The notes: generated from the letters alone by a model not told the origin. A DNA stretch of 64,000 nt from an uncultured beta proteobacterium (GCA_963698265.1 CAVOQC010000001.1:1106680-1170679), one strand, 5' to 3'. Positions 11,008-21,778 are shown, numbered from the stretch's first letter. Numbers and translations are program-made.

Positions 11008-11763
11008 TCAGGAGCCCGGGCCGCGCGCGGTCTTGCGGACTTCGTCGCTCACGAGATCGTGCAGCTCCTTCAGCCCGAATCGCGGCAGCGGTCGACCGTT
11101 CACGAAGAACTCGGGCGTCTTCGAGACGTTGAGTGCCTTCGCGTCGGCAATGTCGCGTTCCATGCGAGTGGCGATGTCCGGGCCGTTCATCTCGCGCCCG
11201 ACGCGCTCCTGGTCGAGCCCGACGCCGCGAAGCGCGGGCCAGACCTGGTCGACGTGCACCGCGTGGTTCACCGTCCAACGGTCCTGGGCGGCGAACAGGG
11301 CCTCCAGCGTCTGCCAGTAGAGATCCTGGCCGCGCGCCGCCTCGAGGATGCGCACGACGTGCTCCGACCCCTTGTGAAAGGGCACGTGGCGCATCGAGAC
11401 GCGGATCGCGCCGGGGTGCTCGGCCATCAGCTTTTTCACTTCCGGATAGAAGAGCGCGCAGGTTTCGCAAGCGGGGTCGAGGAACTCCACGATGTGCACG
11501 CGGGCGTCGGGCGCGCCCTTCGCCGGCGAGTGCGCGCTCGCCAGTGCCTCGACGTTCTCCTGCGCGAGCTGGCGCGAGGATTCCTGTTTCTCGGTCGTGT
11601 AGAGGAGCGTTGCCACGACGAAAGCCGCGATGAGGACGATTGTCCCGCCGATGAAGAGGCCCTTGCGGGATACGGCCTTCGTCGGGGTTGGCTGCGGTGG
11701 CGTCGGTGCCGTTGCCGCCGGGACCTCGCGTCCGGATCTGTTGCGCTTGGACTTCTTGCTCAT
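11008..11763 (-). CDS. Membrane-anchored DsbA/BdbD-like thiol:disulfide oxidoreductase
   Basis: N-terminal TM anchor LFIGGTIVLIAAFVVATLLY. Thioredoxin fold with FLDPACETCALFYPEV (CxxC) and TPEFFVNGRPL (cis-Pro region). Confidence 0.85.
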   Translation of the reverse strand: MSKKSKRNRSGREVPAATAPTPPQPTPTKAVSRKGLFIGGTIVLIAAFVVATLLYTTEKQESSRQLAQENVEALASAHSPAKGAPDARVHIVEFLDPACETCALFYPEVKKLMAEHPGAIRVSMRHVPFHKGSEHVVRILEAARGQDLYWQTLEALFAAQDRWTVNHAVHVDQVWPALRGVGLDQERVGREMNGPDIATRMERDIADAKALNVSKTPEFFVNGRPLPRFGLKELHDLVSDEVRKTARGPGS

Positions 11764-12191
11764 CGTGTGCTCCGGAAGTGTGCCGCAACGAGCAGTGCGG
11801 CCAGGGTGGAAAAGGCGACGAACGAAAGCAGCGGGATGTTCACGAACCCCAGCCACTGGACCTGCAGTTCGGAACAGGGCACGCCCTGTACGCACGGCCC
11901 GGCGCTCTCCGGGATCCAGCCCGCCACAAGCAGCAGGTGATACAGCGCGACCAGCCAGCCCCCTGCCGCCAGGGGAAGCGCGTAGCGAACGACCTTCGCG
12001 TCGAACGGGAAGAGGCCCAGGGGAAGGACCAGCACGAGCGGGAACATGAAGATCCGCTGGTACCAGCAGAGCACGCAGGGCGGCAATTCCATCACCTCGC
12101 TGAAGAAGAGCGCGCCCAGCGTGGAGGCGGCGGCGACCAGCCAGCCCGCGAAAACCAGCATCCAGGCCGACTCCGGGCCGCGGGCCGTCAC
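11760..12191 (-). CDS. DsbB/BdbC-type disulfide bond formation protein
   Basis: 4-TM, about 143 aa, PPCVLCWYQRIFMFP motif and a second Cys pair GPCVQGVPCS. Its stop overlaps the DsbA-like start (ATGA at 11760-11763). Confidence 0.85.
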   Translation of the reverse strand: MTARGPESAWMLVFAGWLVAAASTLGALFFSEVMELPPCVLCWYQRIFMFPLVLVLPLGLFPFDAKVVRYALPLAAGGWLVALYHLLLVAGWIPESAGPCVQGVPCSELQVQWLGFVNIPLLSFVAFSTLAALLVAAHFRSTR

Positions 12192-12360
12192 GCCTGCCTC
12201 CCGGGCCGGTGTACCGGCAAGACACTGCCTTCGGCGATGTTCCCCGTCATGCGACCGTCCTTCTTCCTGCCCGTCCCGGCCGCCACGGCGGCTTTCGAGC
12301 CGTCATTCTCCCATGGCCGCGCAAAGGAGCCGTTGCGATCCGGTAAGATCTGCGTTCACC

Positions 12361-12966
12361 ATGTCCTCCGGCAAGCCCCGCGCGGTCGAGTATTTCGGCG
12401 CCCAGTTCGAGCGCCAGATCGCCGCGCACGACTACCAGCTGAACCCCTTCGAGCAGCGTGCCTTGCCCCACCTCAAGGGCAACGTGCTCGACCTCGGTTG
12501 CGGCCTGGGAAACCTCTCCCTCGCGGCGGCGAAGCGCGGCGCCCGCGTGACGGCCTACGACGCCTGCGAGAACGCCGTCGACGACCTTGCGGTGCGCGCG
12601 CTCGCCTCGGAACTCGATGTCTGGGTGCGCGCCGTGGACTTGAAGGGCTGGCGACCCGAGGAGACCTGGGACGCGGTGAACTGCATCGGGCTTCTCATGT
12701 TCTTCGCGCGCGGCGAAGCGCTCGCGGGCCTGGAGTCCGTGCGGGACGCGGTGCGCCCGGGCGGCGTGGCGGTCGTGAACGCGATGGTCGAAGGCTCGAC
12801 CTTCCTCGCGATGTTCGACCCCGACGAGTACTACCTCTTCCGGCCGGAGGAAATCGCCGCGCCGTTCGCGGGCTGGGAAGTCCTCCACGACAGCATCGAG
12901 GACTTTCCCGCGGCCGGAAGCACCGTGAAGCGCTTCCGCACGCTCATCGCCCGCGCACCCTCCTGA
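12361..12966 (+). CDS. Class I SAM-dependent methyltransferase
   Basis: VLDLGCGLGNLSLAAAKRGARVTAYD (motif I, post I) and GGVAVVN. Confidence 0.8.
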   Translation: MSSGKPRAVEYFGAQFERQIAAHDYQLNPFEQRALPHLKGNVLDLGCGLGNLSLAAAKRGARVTAYDACENAVDDLAVRALASELDVWVRAVDLKGWRPEETWDAVNCIGLLMFFARGEALAGLESVRDAVRPGGVAVVNAMVEGSTFLAMFDPDEYYLFRPEEIAAPFAGWEVLHDSIEDFPAAGSTVKRFRTLIARAPS

Positions 12967-12967
12967 A

Positions 12968-14020
<1,053 letters not shown>

Positions 14021-14083
14021 GACGGTCTTCCGGATGGTTTCAGGGTTTCGAGCGGAAGCAACCGGCGCGAGCGCGGCGCAGCT

Positions 14084-14794
14084 TCACTTGCGCAGCGACT
14101 GGACGTAGCGGGCGATGCGCCCCTTGAGGCCGGGGCGCGAGGCGGAGCCATCCAGGGACAGGAGATCCTCATCGCGACGGTCCTGCCGGCACGCCGCGCG
14201 AATCGCAGCGAGCGTTTCGCGATCGGCAACCGGCTCGCTACATCGTACGCCCACCCAGTCCCCCGCGTCACCGTCGAAGACTTCCGTGGCGAGCCCGGCT
14301 TCCACGGCGCCCTGCGCGTCGAGCGTCAAGCCCTCGCTCGCCAGGGGTCGCGCGCGGTCCCAGCCGACAAGCTCCACGAGCCGGCGCGTGCCGAGCACGA
14401 TGCCGAAGGCGGAGCCCGGGAAGCGGAACGTGGCGTCGGGCGCGCACGCGCGGATGTCGCAGGAGGCGAAGAGATCCGCCCCCGCCCCCCAGGCGCGGCC
14501 GGTCGCGAACGCCGCCGTGCGCACGGGCGCGTGCCAGACCGTCTGCAGAAGCTTCTCAAGCGCCACGAAGCGGTTGCGAAGGGAAGCGTCCGTCTCGTCG
14601 TCCAGGCCGGAGAGGTCGAAGCCCGTGCAGAAATGCCGGCCGCGGCCGCGGAAGAGGAGCGTGTGCACGCCCGGGTCGGCGAGCGCGGTTGCGACCGCGG
14701 CCGACAGTTTCCCGACGGCGGCCTCGGAGAGCGCGTTGCCGCGCTCGGGCCGGTCGAGCCATACCGTGGCCACGCCGGCGGGGTCGTCCTTCAT
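14084..14794 (-). CDS. Enoyl-CoA hydratase/isomerase (crotonase) family protein
   Basis: VWLDRPERGNALS...HFCTGFDL...GRAWGAGADLFASCDIR crotonase signatures. The start overlaps the upstream stop (ATGA). Confidence 0.82.
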   Translation of the reverse strand: MKDDPAGVATVWLDRPERGNALSEAAVGKLSAAVATALADPGVHTLLFRGRGRHFCTGFDLSGLDDETDASLRNRFVALEKLLQTVWHAPVRTAAFATGRAWGAGADLFASCDIRACAPDATFRFPGSAFGIVLGTRRLVELVGWDRARPLASEGLTLDAQGAVEAGLATEVFDGDAGDWVGVRCSEPVADRETLAAIRAACRQDRRDEDLLSLDGSASRPGLKGRIARYVQSLRK

Positions 14795-15414
14795 CCGGCG
14801 ATCGCGGAGCGCAGCGCCGCGGAGCGGTCCCAGAGGTTGGGCACGCGCGCGATCGAGTAGCCGGAGACGAAGTCCTTCGCGGCGCCCGTGGCTCTGTCGA
14901 AGACGTGCCGGCGCACCGCGCCGATGTTGGCGCCGTAGACGTGGATGCTGACCGAAGGCGCGTCGGCAAGCCCGTTGGCCACGGTGTGGATGTCTCCCAC
15001 CATCGGTGACACCGCCTCGATGTCGCCTGGGCGCAGCACCTGCTCCTCGCCCGCGGGGCGAAGCGCGCCGTCGGCGGCCCGCTCGTAGCGCCGGCAGCGC
15101 TCCGCGCCGCGCAGCATCCCCACGAGGCCCCACACGGTGTGGTCGTGGATGGGCGTGGATTGTCCCGGCCCCCACACGAAGCTCACCACCGAGAAGCGCT
15201 CGAGCGGGTCGCAGTGCAGCAGGCATTGGCGGTAGAACTGCGGGTCGGGCTGCGCGAACTCGTCGGGCAGCCACGCGTCGCCGGCGATGAGCGCTGCGAG
15301 GAGCGGTCGCGCGCCCGAGAGCAGGGCCGCCTCGTCGTCGGTGCGCTCGACGAGGCGCGTCATGGACTGCACGAAGTCGCGCAAGGGCGCGATGCGGTCG
15401 GTGTCGGTGCTCAT
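14791..15414 (-). CDS. Cysteine dioxygenase type I-like cupin (possible 3-mercaptopropionate dioxygenase)
   Basis: Cupin motifs SVVSFVWGPGQSTPIHDHTVWGLVGML and DIHTVAN...IHVYG (3-His site). ATGA overlaps on both sides. Confidence 0.8.
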   Translation of the reverse strand: MSTDTDRIAPLRDFVQSMTRLVERTDDEAALLSGARPLLAALIAGDAWLPDEFAQPDPQFYRQCLLHCDPLERFSVVSFVWGPGQSTPIHDHTVWGLVGMLRGAERCRRYERAADGALRPAGEEQVLRPGDIEAVSPMVGDIHTVANGLADAPSVSIHVYGANIGAVRRHVFDRATGAAKDFVSGYSIARVPNLWDRSAALRSAIAG

Positions 15415-16568
15415 GTCGCCTCCTTCGTGGCCGCGCGCAGCGCCCTGGTGTGTTCGCCCAGCGCGGGGAATGCCGTGCTCACCGCGACCGCCTTGCCGTC
15501 GAGCCGCACGGGGCAGCCCACGGTGCGCGTGGCGTGGCCGCCGGGCAGGGTCGCGGGGACGACGAGGCCCAGGTGCGCGGCCTGCGGGTCGCCGAGCGCC
15601 TCGGCGTAGCCATTGATGGGCGCACAGGGCACGCCCGCGGCGCGAAAGCGCGCGAGCCACTCGTCCGTGCCCGCGCTTGCGAAACGGGCCTCCAGGAGAT
15701 CCTTGAGCGCCGCCTGGTTCGCCGCGCGCAGCGTGGTCGTCGCGAAGCGCGCGTCGCGCGCCCACTCCGGCGCCCCCACGACCTCGCACACCGACTGCCA
15801 GAGCCTGTCGTTGCCGGCGGCGATCGCGAACCAGCCGTCGGCGGCGCGGTAGGCCTGGTAGGGGGCGTTCCTCGGGTGCGCGGAGCCCAGCTTGCGCGGA
15901 TTATTTCCCGTGCCGAAGTACTCGCTCGTCTGCAGCGCCGCGATGGCGAGGTTGGTCGCGAACATCGGCACGTCGATCGCGCCGCCGGGGCCGCCGGCGC
16001 GCACGCGCGCGAGGAGTGCGGCGATGGAGAACGCCGCGTAGAGCCCCGCGGCGAAGTCCGAGACCGGCACGCCGCACTTCACCGGCGCTCCGCCTTCGTC
16101 GCCCGTCACGCTCATCACGCCCGAGGCGGCCTGGATGGTGAGATCGAAGCCGCCTTCGGCGGCGCGAGGCCCCGACTGCCCGAAGGCGGAGATCGAGCAG
16201 TACACGAGCGAGGGCTTGCGCGGGGCGAACCAGTCCCAGCCCAGCCCCAGGCGCTGCATCACGCCGGGACGATTGTTCTCGACGAGGACGTCGGCTTCCA
16301 GCACGAGGGCGCGCGCGAAATCGCGGTCGACTTCTTTCTTGAGGTCGAGCGCGACACTTTGCTTTCCGCGGTTGATGGATGCGAAATTCTCGCTGTAGCC
16401 GCCGTTCACCGGCGGCCACTGGCGCATGGCATCGCCCTCGGGCGGCTCGACCTTCACCACTTCGGCGCCGTAGTCGGCGAGCAGCATGCCGCAGAAGGGG
16501 CCGGCGGCGACCTGGCAGAACTCGACGACCTTGGTGCCCGCGAGCGGGGCGGCGGCCGGGATGGGCAT
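15411..16568 (-). CDS. Family III CoA-transferase (CaiB/BaiF)
   Basis: LAGTKVVEFCQVAAGPFCGMLLADYGAEVVKVEPPEGD...ENNRPGVMQRLGL...SISAFGQSGP is typical of family III. I chose the start at 16568 (MPIPAAAPL), and the track ORF is longer. Confidence 0.88.
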   Translation of the reverse strand: MPIPAAAPLAGTKVVEFCQVAAGPFCGMLLADYGAEVVKVEPPEGDAMRQWPPVNGGYSENFASINRGKQSVALDLKKEVDRDFARALVLEADVLVENNRPGVMQRLGLGWDWFAPRKPSLVYCSISAFGQSGPRAAEGGFDLTIQAASGVMSVTGDEGGAPVKCGVPVSDFAAGLYAAFSIAALLARVRAGGPGGAIDVPMFATNLAIAALQTSEYFGTGNNPRKLGSAHPRNAPYQAYRAADGWFAIAAGNDRLWQSVCEVVGAPEWARDARFATTTLRAANQAALKDLLEARFASAGTDEWLARFRAAGVPCAPINGYAEALGDPQAAHLGLVVPATLPGGHATRTVGCPVRLDGKAVAVSTAFPALGEHTRALRAATKEAT

Positions 16569-16664
16569 GGGGCGGATCTCGGGGCTGGGCGCCCCGGGCC
16601 GCGGGGCGATCGCCCGAGGATACACCGGCGACACGCGTGCCCCGCATCTTGTACCCTTGGCGGC

Positions 16665-17075
16665 GTGAATCCCCGGACCGTCGTCGCGCTCGCCAGGTTC
16701 TCGCTCGTGGTGGCGGTGGCGCTCATCCTGTTTGTCGCCACCACGGATCAGCGCATTGCGTTCATCGACGACATCTGGGACAAGTCCAAGCACGCCGGCG
16801 CCTTCTTCGTTCTGGCGCTGCTCGTGGACGTGTCCTTTCCCACGGGCCGGTTCGGGTTCGCCAAGATCGCCACGCTCCTGGGCTTCGGCGCGCTGATCGA
16901 GGCGATCCAGCACTTCCTGCCGCACCGCGAGGCCTCGCTCCTCGACCTGGTCGCCGACGGCGCGGGAATTGCGATTTTCGTATGCTGCATTCCCCTGCTC
17001 GCGCGATACCCCGTGCTGAATGCGGCGCGCGGGTCCGTAGCCTCCACCGTAGTCCCGGGAGCATCACCGCCATGA
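16665..17075 (+). CDS. VanZ-like family membrane protein
   Basis: DKSKHAGAFFVLALL...GFGALIEAIQHFLPHREASLLDLVADGAGI pattern of VanZ proteins. The GTG start is uncertain. The stop overlaps the next gene's ATG. Confidence 0.65.
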   Translation: MNPRTVVALARFSLVVAVALILFVATTDQRIAFIDDIWDKSKHAGAFFVLALLVDVSFPTGRFGFAKIATLLGFGALIEAIQHFLPHREASLLDLVADGAGIAIFVCCIPLLARYPVLNAARGSVASTVVPGASPP

Positions 17076-18862
17076 ACGCGATCGCCTCGTCCACCCCGCG
17101 CTGGTCCTGGCTTCCGGCCACCGGGACGTGGAAGTACCACGCCTTCCTGGTCTGTCTCGGTGTCTTCGTCCTGGGTCCCCTGGGGGGCGTCACGGCCTCC
17201 TTCATGAACTTCTCGCTGGGCTTCTTCATCGGCGGGCAGGTGCTCGCCGGGATCCTCGGCTCCACGGTCACCTACGGCTACGGCGCCGAAGGCAAGCACG
17301 GTGCGAACTACATGCAGACGGCGGCCGCTTCCGTCGCCGGCATGAGCGCCATGGGCGTGCTCATCCAGGCCATGGTGTGGATGGGGCTTCCGCAACCGCC
17401 GGTATGGCAGCTGATCCTCTACATGCTCTGCATCGGCATGTTCGGCGTGGGCGTGGGCATGCTCTACACGCCGCTGCTCGTGGACCGGATGCAGCTCCCC
17501 TATCCCTCGGGGTTCGCGGTGGCCAATATCCTGCGCGCGCTCACGGACCCGGTGCTCCTTCGCCAGTCGGTCGCCAAGCTGGGCAGCGGCATCGTGGCGG
17601 GCATAGTCGGCGGCATCGCTTCCGGCAAGGTCGCCATTCTCGGCGCCATCGAGCTGTCCACCTCCACGCTCGGCGTCGGGATGATAGTCGGCGCGCGAAT
17701 CGGCATACCGGCGATAACCTCAGGCCTCATCTTCTGGGCGTTGGTGCCGTACTTCATCTCCATCGGCTGGCTCGCGGAAGGAGATCCCTTCCGGAAGATC
17801 GCCTTTCTCATCGCGCTCGGCCTCATCATGGGCGCGGCCGTCGTCGACGTCGCGCTGGTGCTGAAGGAAGCGGCGGCGCGTTGGCGCGGCAAGGCCCCGG
17901 CACCCGAGTCGCAGGCCGAATGGAAGCGCGTCAACACGAGGCGGCTGGTGGCGTGGGTCGCGTTCTGGGGCGCCGGCGTCGTCCTCACCGGGCACCTGGT
18001 GCTTGGGCAGCCCGTGGGATTTCTCGTCTTCGCCGTGGCACTCGTGTTCGTCTTCGCGCTGGTGAACGGCATTTCCGTGGGCATCAGCGATTCCAACCCC
18101 ATCTCCTCGGCCTTCGTGGTGAGCGTGGTGCTGATGGCGGCCATCGGCCTCACCGATCCGGTGGTGGGGCTCATGGCGGGCATGGTGCTTCTCATCTCGA
18201 CCAGCATCGCCTGCGACATGCAGCAGGACCGCTCCACCGGCTGGCGGCTCGGCACCAACCGCGTGTACCAGTTCCGCTACCAGGTGGTGGGGGTGCTGAT
18301 GGGCGCGATCATGGCCGTGGCCTTTGCCAAGATCTTCATGTCGGCCTATCCGGTGCTGCTCCTCGACCAGACGGTGATGAAGTCGAGCGAGCAGCCGGCG
18401 GGCTGGAACGCCGCGATGACCTACAAGTTCGTGGGCGTGCTGCGCAGCCTCACCGACGACAAGCCCTACCAGCGCACGGCCATCTGGGTGGGCGTGGGCA
18501 TCGGCTTCGCGATGCAGCTCGCGCGCAAGCTCCTCAAGGCGAGCGAGGCGTACCGGCGGTTCGTGGCGAGCGGCCGGCGCGGGTTCGTGACGGATTTCCT
18601 GATGGACGCGGTGTTCCTGCCGACCCCGTACGCCTCGTCGTTCGGAGGTTTCGTGAACCTGCCCACCTCGCTCTGGTTCGGCGGCGGCGGCATGCTCTCG
18701 AGCTTCATCAATTCGCTGCCGAAGCGCGAATCGGCGAAGAAGCAGGCGATGCCGGAGGACATGAGCACGACTTCTCTCGTGGGCGGCGGCTTCATCGCGG
18801 GCGATTCGCTGGCCGCGCTCGGGCTCGGCATCGCGGGCCTCGCCGCGACGCTGCTTGCCTGA
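17072..18862 (+). CDS. OPT-family oligopeptide/metal-chelate transporter
   Basis: 596-aa polytopic protein (LPYPSGFAVANILRAL, NPISSAFVVSVVLMA, MQQDRSTGWRLGTN) matching bacterial OPT superfamily members. Confidence 0.85.
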   Translation: MNAIASSTPRWSWLPATGTWKYHAFLVCLGVFVLGPLGGVTASFMNFSLGFFIGGQVLAGILGSTVTYGYGAEGKHGANYMQTAAASVAGMSAMGVLIQAMVWMGLPQPPVWQLILYMLCIGMFGVGVGMLYTPLLVDRMQLPYPSGFAVANILRALTDPVLLRQSVAKLGSGIVAGIVGGIASGKVAILGAIELSTSTLGVGMIVGARIGIPAITSGLIFWALVPYFISIGWLAEGDPFRKIAFLIALGLIMGAAVVDVALVLKEAAARWRGKAPAPESQAEWKRVNTRRLVAWVAFWGAGVVLTGHLVLGQPVGFLVFAVALVFVFALVNGISVGISDSNPISSAFVVSVVLMAAIGLTDPVVGLMAGMVLLISTSIACDMQQDRSTGWRLGTNRVYQFRYQVVGVLMGAIMAVAFAKIFMSAYPVLLLDQTVMKSSEQPAGWNAAMTYKFVGVLRSLTDDKPYQRTAIWVGVGIGFAMQLARKLLKASEAYRRFVASGRRGFVTDFLMDAVFLPTPYASSFGGFVNLPTSLWFGGGGMLSSFINSLPKRESAKKQAMPEDMSTTSLVGGGFIAGDSLAALGLGIAGLAATLLA

Positions 18863-18914
18863 GGCCGGCGGCGGCGATGGCGCGGCGTCGGAATCGCGTC
18901 GCGGGCCTAGAGCC

Positions 18915-20420
18915 GTGAGGGCACGCTTTCTCATCGTCGCGTGCGCGAGCCTCGCAGCTCTTGCGGGTATCTTCGCCGTGGCGGGACTCGCGGCCGCGGC
19001 CGAGCCGCTTCGCATCGGCTCGAAGCGGTTCACCGAGAGCTACCTCCTCGGCGAGATCCTCCTGCAGACCGCGACGCGCGAAGGCGTTGTCGCGGTACAC
19101 CGCCCCGGGCTCGGCAACACCGCGATCGTCTTCGCGGCACTCTCGCGCGGCGAGATCGACGCCTATCCGGAGTACACGGGGACGATCGCGCGCGAGATCC
19201 TCAAGTCGCGCGAGCCCCTCGATCTCGAGACGATCAACCGGCGCCTGGCTCCCCTGGGGCTTGCCGCGAGCGTGCCCTTCGGGTTTTCCAACGGCTACGC
19301 GCTCGGCATGCGCGAGGAGGTGGCCGCGGCGAAGGGCATCGCGCGCCTCTCCGACCTCGCCGCCCATCCGGGCCTCATCCTCGGCCTGTCCCACGAGTTC
19401 CTCGGCCGCGAGGACGGCTGGCCGGGCCTCAGGTCCGCCTACGGCCTGCCGCAGCGCGACCCCCGCGGGCTGGACCACGGGATTGCATACGAAGCGCTCG
19501 CGGCGGGCGAGGTGGAGGCGATCGACGTCTACACGACGGACGCGAAGATCGCGCGTCACCGCCTCAGGATCCTTGCCGACGACCGTGCCTTCTTCCCGCG
19601 CTACGACGCCGTGGTGCTGCACAGGATCGACGCGCGGGCGCGGCACCCCGGTGCCTTCGCCGCGTGGGCGGGGCTCGCGGGGCGCATCGACGAGGCGGCG
19701 ATGATCGGGCTCAACGCACGGGCGGAGCTGGACCGCGTCGACTTCGCCGCCGTGGCGCGCGAGTTCGTGGCGGGCCGGCCCGCGGGAGGGGCGACCTCGC
19801 TCTACGCCACCGTCTTCGCGCCGGACTTCCCGCGCCTCGCGCTGGAGCACCTGCTGCTCGTGTTCGGCTCGCTCGCCGCCGCCGTTGCCGTGGGCGTGCC
19901 GATGGGGGTGGTCGCGGCCAAGGTGCGATGGCTCGCGCAGCCGGTGCTCGCCGTCGCGGGGCTCGTGCAGACGATTCCTTCGCTGGCGCTCCTCGCCTTC
20001 CTGATCCCGTTCACCGGCATCGGCGCCTGGCCCGCGCTCGTCGCGCTCTTCGTCTACGCGCTGCTGCCCATCACGCGCAACACGCACGCAGGAATCGCGG
20101 GCATCGGCCCGGGGCTGAAGCAGGCGGGGCTCGCGCTCGGCCTCACGGGCACGCAAGTGCTCCTGAAGATCGAGTTGCCTCTCGCGACGCCGACCATCCT
20201 CGCGGGCGTGAAGACTTCCGCCGTGATCAACGTGGGCACGGCCACCATCGCGGCCTTCATCGGCGCGGGCGGGTTCGGCGAGCGGATCGCCAAGGGGCTC
20301 GCGGTGAACGACCACGCGATGCTGTTTGCGGGCGCGGCCCCCGCGGCGGCGCTGGCGCTCGCCGTGCACGCGCTCTTCGAGCTGGCCGAGTGGCGCGTGC
20401 GCCGCCGGGCGCGCGGTTGA
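18915..20420 (+). CDS. Fused glycine-betaine/choline-type substrate-binding domain + ABC permease (OpuC/OpuB-like)
   Basis: N-terminal half RIGSKRFTESYLLGEIL...EIDAYPEYTGTI...DVYTTDAKIA (OpuAC-type SBP). C-terminal half has the EAA-like loop LLPITRNTHAGIAGIGPGLKQAGLALGLTG. The GTG start at 18915 is inferred. Confidence 0.82.
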   Translation: MRARFLIVACASLAALAGIFAVAGLAAAAEPLRIGSKRFTESYLLGEILLQTATREGVVAVHRPGLGNTAIVFAALSRGEIDAYPEYTGTIAREILKSREPLDLETINRRLAPLGLAASVPFGFSNGYALGMREEVAAAKGIARLSDLAAHPGLILGLSHEFLGREDGWPGLRSAYGLPQRDPRGLDHGIAYEALAAGEVEAIDVYTTDAKIARHRLRILADDRAFFPRYDAVVLHRIDARARHPGAFAAWAGLAGRIDEAAMIGLNARAELDRVDFAAVAREFVAGRPAGGATSLYATVFAPDFPRLALEHLLLVFGSLAAAVAVGVPMGVVAAKVRWLAQPVLAVAGLVQTIPSLALLAFLIPFTGIGAWPALVALFVYALLPITRNTHAGIAGIGPGLKQAGLALGLTGTQVLLKIELPLATPTILAGVKTSAVINVGTATIAAFIGAGGFGERIAKGLAVNDHAMLFAGAAPAAALALAVHALFELAEWRVRRRARG

Positions 20421-20432
20421 GCCGGCGCCCGG

Positions 20433-21635
20433 CTACTGCATGTTCCGGCGGATGAAGTCGTCCATCCGCGCAACACCCTTCTTGATCGTCGCCGGGGAGG
20501 CCGCGTAGCTGAAGCGGATGTGCTGGCCCTCGTCGGGCACGCGCGGGCCGAAGTGGATGTCGGCGAGCACCGCGACACCCGCCTCGTTCAGGAGCCGCAC
20601 GCGGAACTCCTCGGAATCGGCCGCGCGGACCATGGCGCAGGCCTCCGTCACGTTGGGCCAGGCGTAGAAGGCGCCGCCGGGGCTCTGGCAGGTCACGCCC
20701 GGCACCTGGTTCAGGAGCCCCACGATGAGATCGCGCCGCTCGAGAAAACTCGCGCGCATCTTTTCCGCTTCTTCCTGCGGCCCGCCGATCGCCTCCACCG
20801 CCGCCCACTGGCTGATCTGCGAGGCGCAGGAATCGGTGTTGGTGACCCAGCGCGTGAACACGGGTGCCAGCGCCTTGTTCACCGCGTAGCCCAGCCGCCA
20901 GCCGGTCATCGCCCAGGTTTTCGATGCCCCGTCGCAGATGATGGTGCGCTCCTGCATGCCGGGGATCGCGGCGAGGGAGGCGAAGGCGCCGTCGTACACC
21001 AGGCGCGAGTAAATCTCGTCGGCGTACACCCAGATGTCGGGGTGTTTCGCGAGGATCGCGGCGATCGCTTCCATGTCCTGCTTCGGGATCACGCCGCCCG
21101 TCGGGTTCTGCGGCGAGTTGAGGATGACGAGCTTGGTGAGCGGCGAGATCTTCGCCTCGAGGTCCGCGGGGTCGAAGTTGAAGCCGCGCGATTCGCGCAG
21201 GTACAGCGGCACGGGCACGGCACCCATGGCGCGGATCTGCGACTCGTAGATCGGGAAGCCCGGGTTCGGGTAGATCACCTCGTCGCCGGTGCCGTGGTCG
21301 GTGACCGAGAGGATCGTGTAGGCGATGAAGGGCTTGGCACCCGCGCCCACCACGACGTCTTCGGCGGCGACCGGGATGCCGCGCGTGCGCGAGACGTATT
21401 GCGCGATCGTCTCGCGCAGCTCCGCGATGCCGGCGGAGGGCGTGTAGCCGTGCTTGCCCTCGCGGATCGCCTTGACCGCCGCATCCTGGATGTTCACGGG
21501 CGTCGGGAAATCGGGCTGGCCGATGCAGAAGGAGATGATGTCCTTGCCCGCGGCCTGGAGCTTCGCCACTTCGGCGAGGACGACGAAGGCGTTTTCGGTG
21601 CCGAGGTCGTCGGCGCGGCGGCTGGTGGAGGGCAT
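20433..21635 (-). CDS. PLP-dependent class I/II aminotransferase (aspartate/aromatic type)
   Basis: LNSPQNPTGGV, YADEIYSRLVYDG and DGASKTWAMTGWRLGY (PLP lysine). Confidence 0.9.
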   Translation of the reverse strand: MPSTSRRADDLGTENAFVVLAEVAKLQAAGKDIISFCIGQPDFPTPVNIQDAAVKAIREGKHGYTPSAGIAELRETIAQYVSRTRGIPVAAEDVVVGAGAKPFIAYTILSVTDHGTGDEVIYPNPGFPIYESQIRAMGAVPVPLYLRESRGFNFDPADLEAKISPLTKLVILNSPQNPTGGVIPKQDMEAIAAILAKHPDIWVYADEIYSRLVYDGAFASLAAIPGMQERTIICDGASKTWAMTGWRLGYAVNKALAPVFTRWVTNTDSCASQISQWAAVEAIGGPQEEAEKMRASFLERRDLIVGLLNQVPGVTCQSPGGAFYAWPNVTEACAMVRAADSEEFRVRLLNEAGVAVLADIHFGPRVPDEGQHIRFSYAASPATIKKGVARMDDFIRRNMQ

Positions 21636-21778
21636 GGGAAGTTCCGTGGTAACCGGGGAGAGGGACCCCGCATCGGGATCACCGTCGATTTTACGGCAAG
21701 CGGCGGCCGCGCACGCCCGCGCCGGCCACGTCGCCGGTCGCTGCTATTCTTGGCGGGGCGATCGAGCGCACCGGGAGG

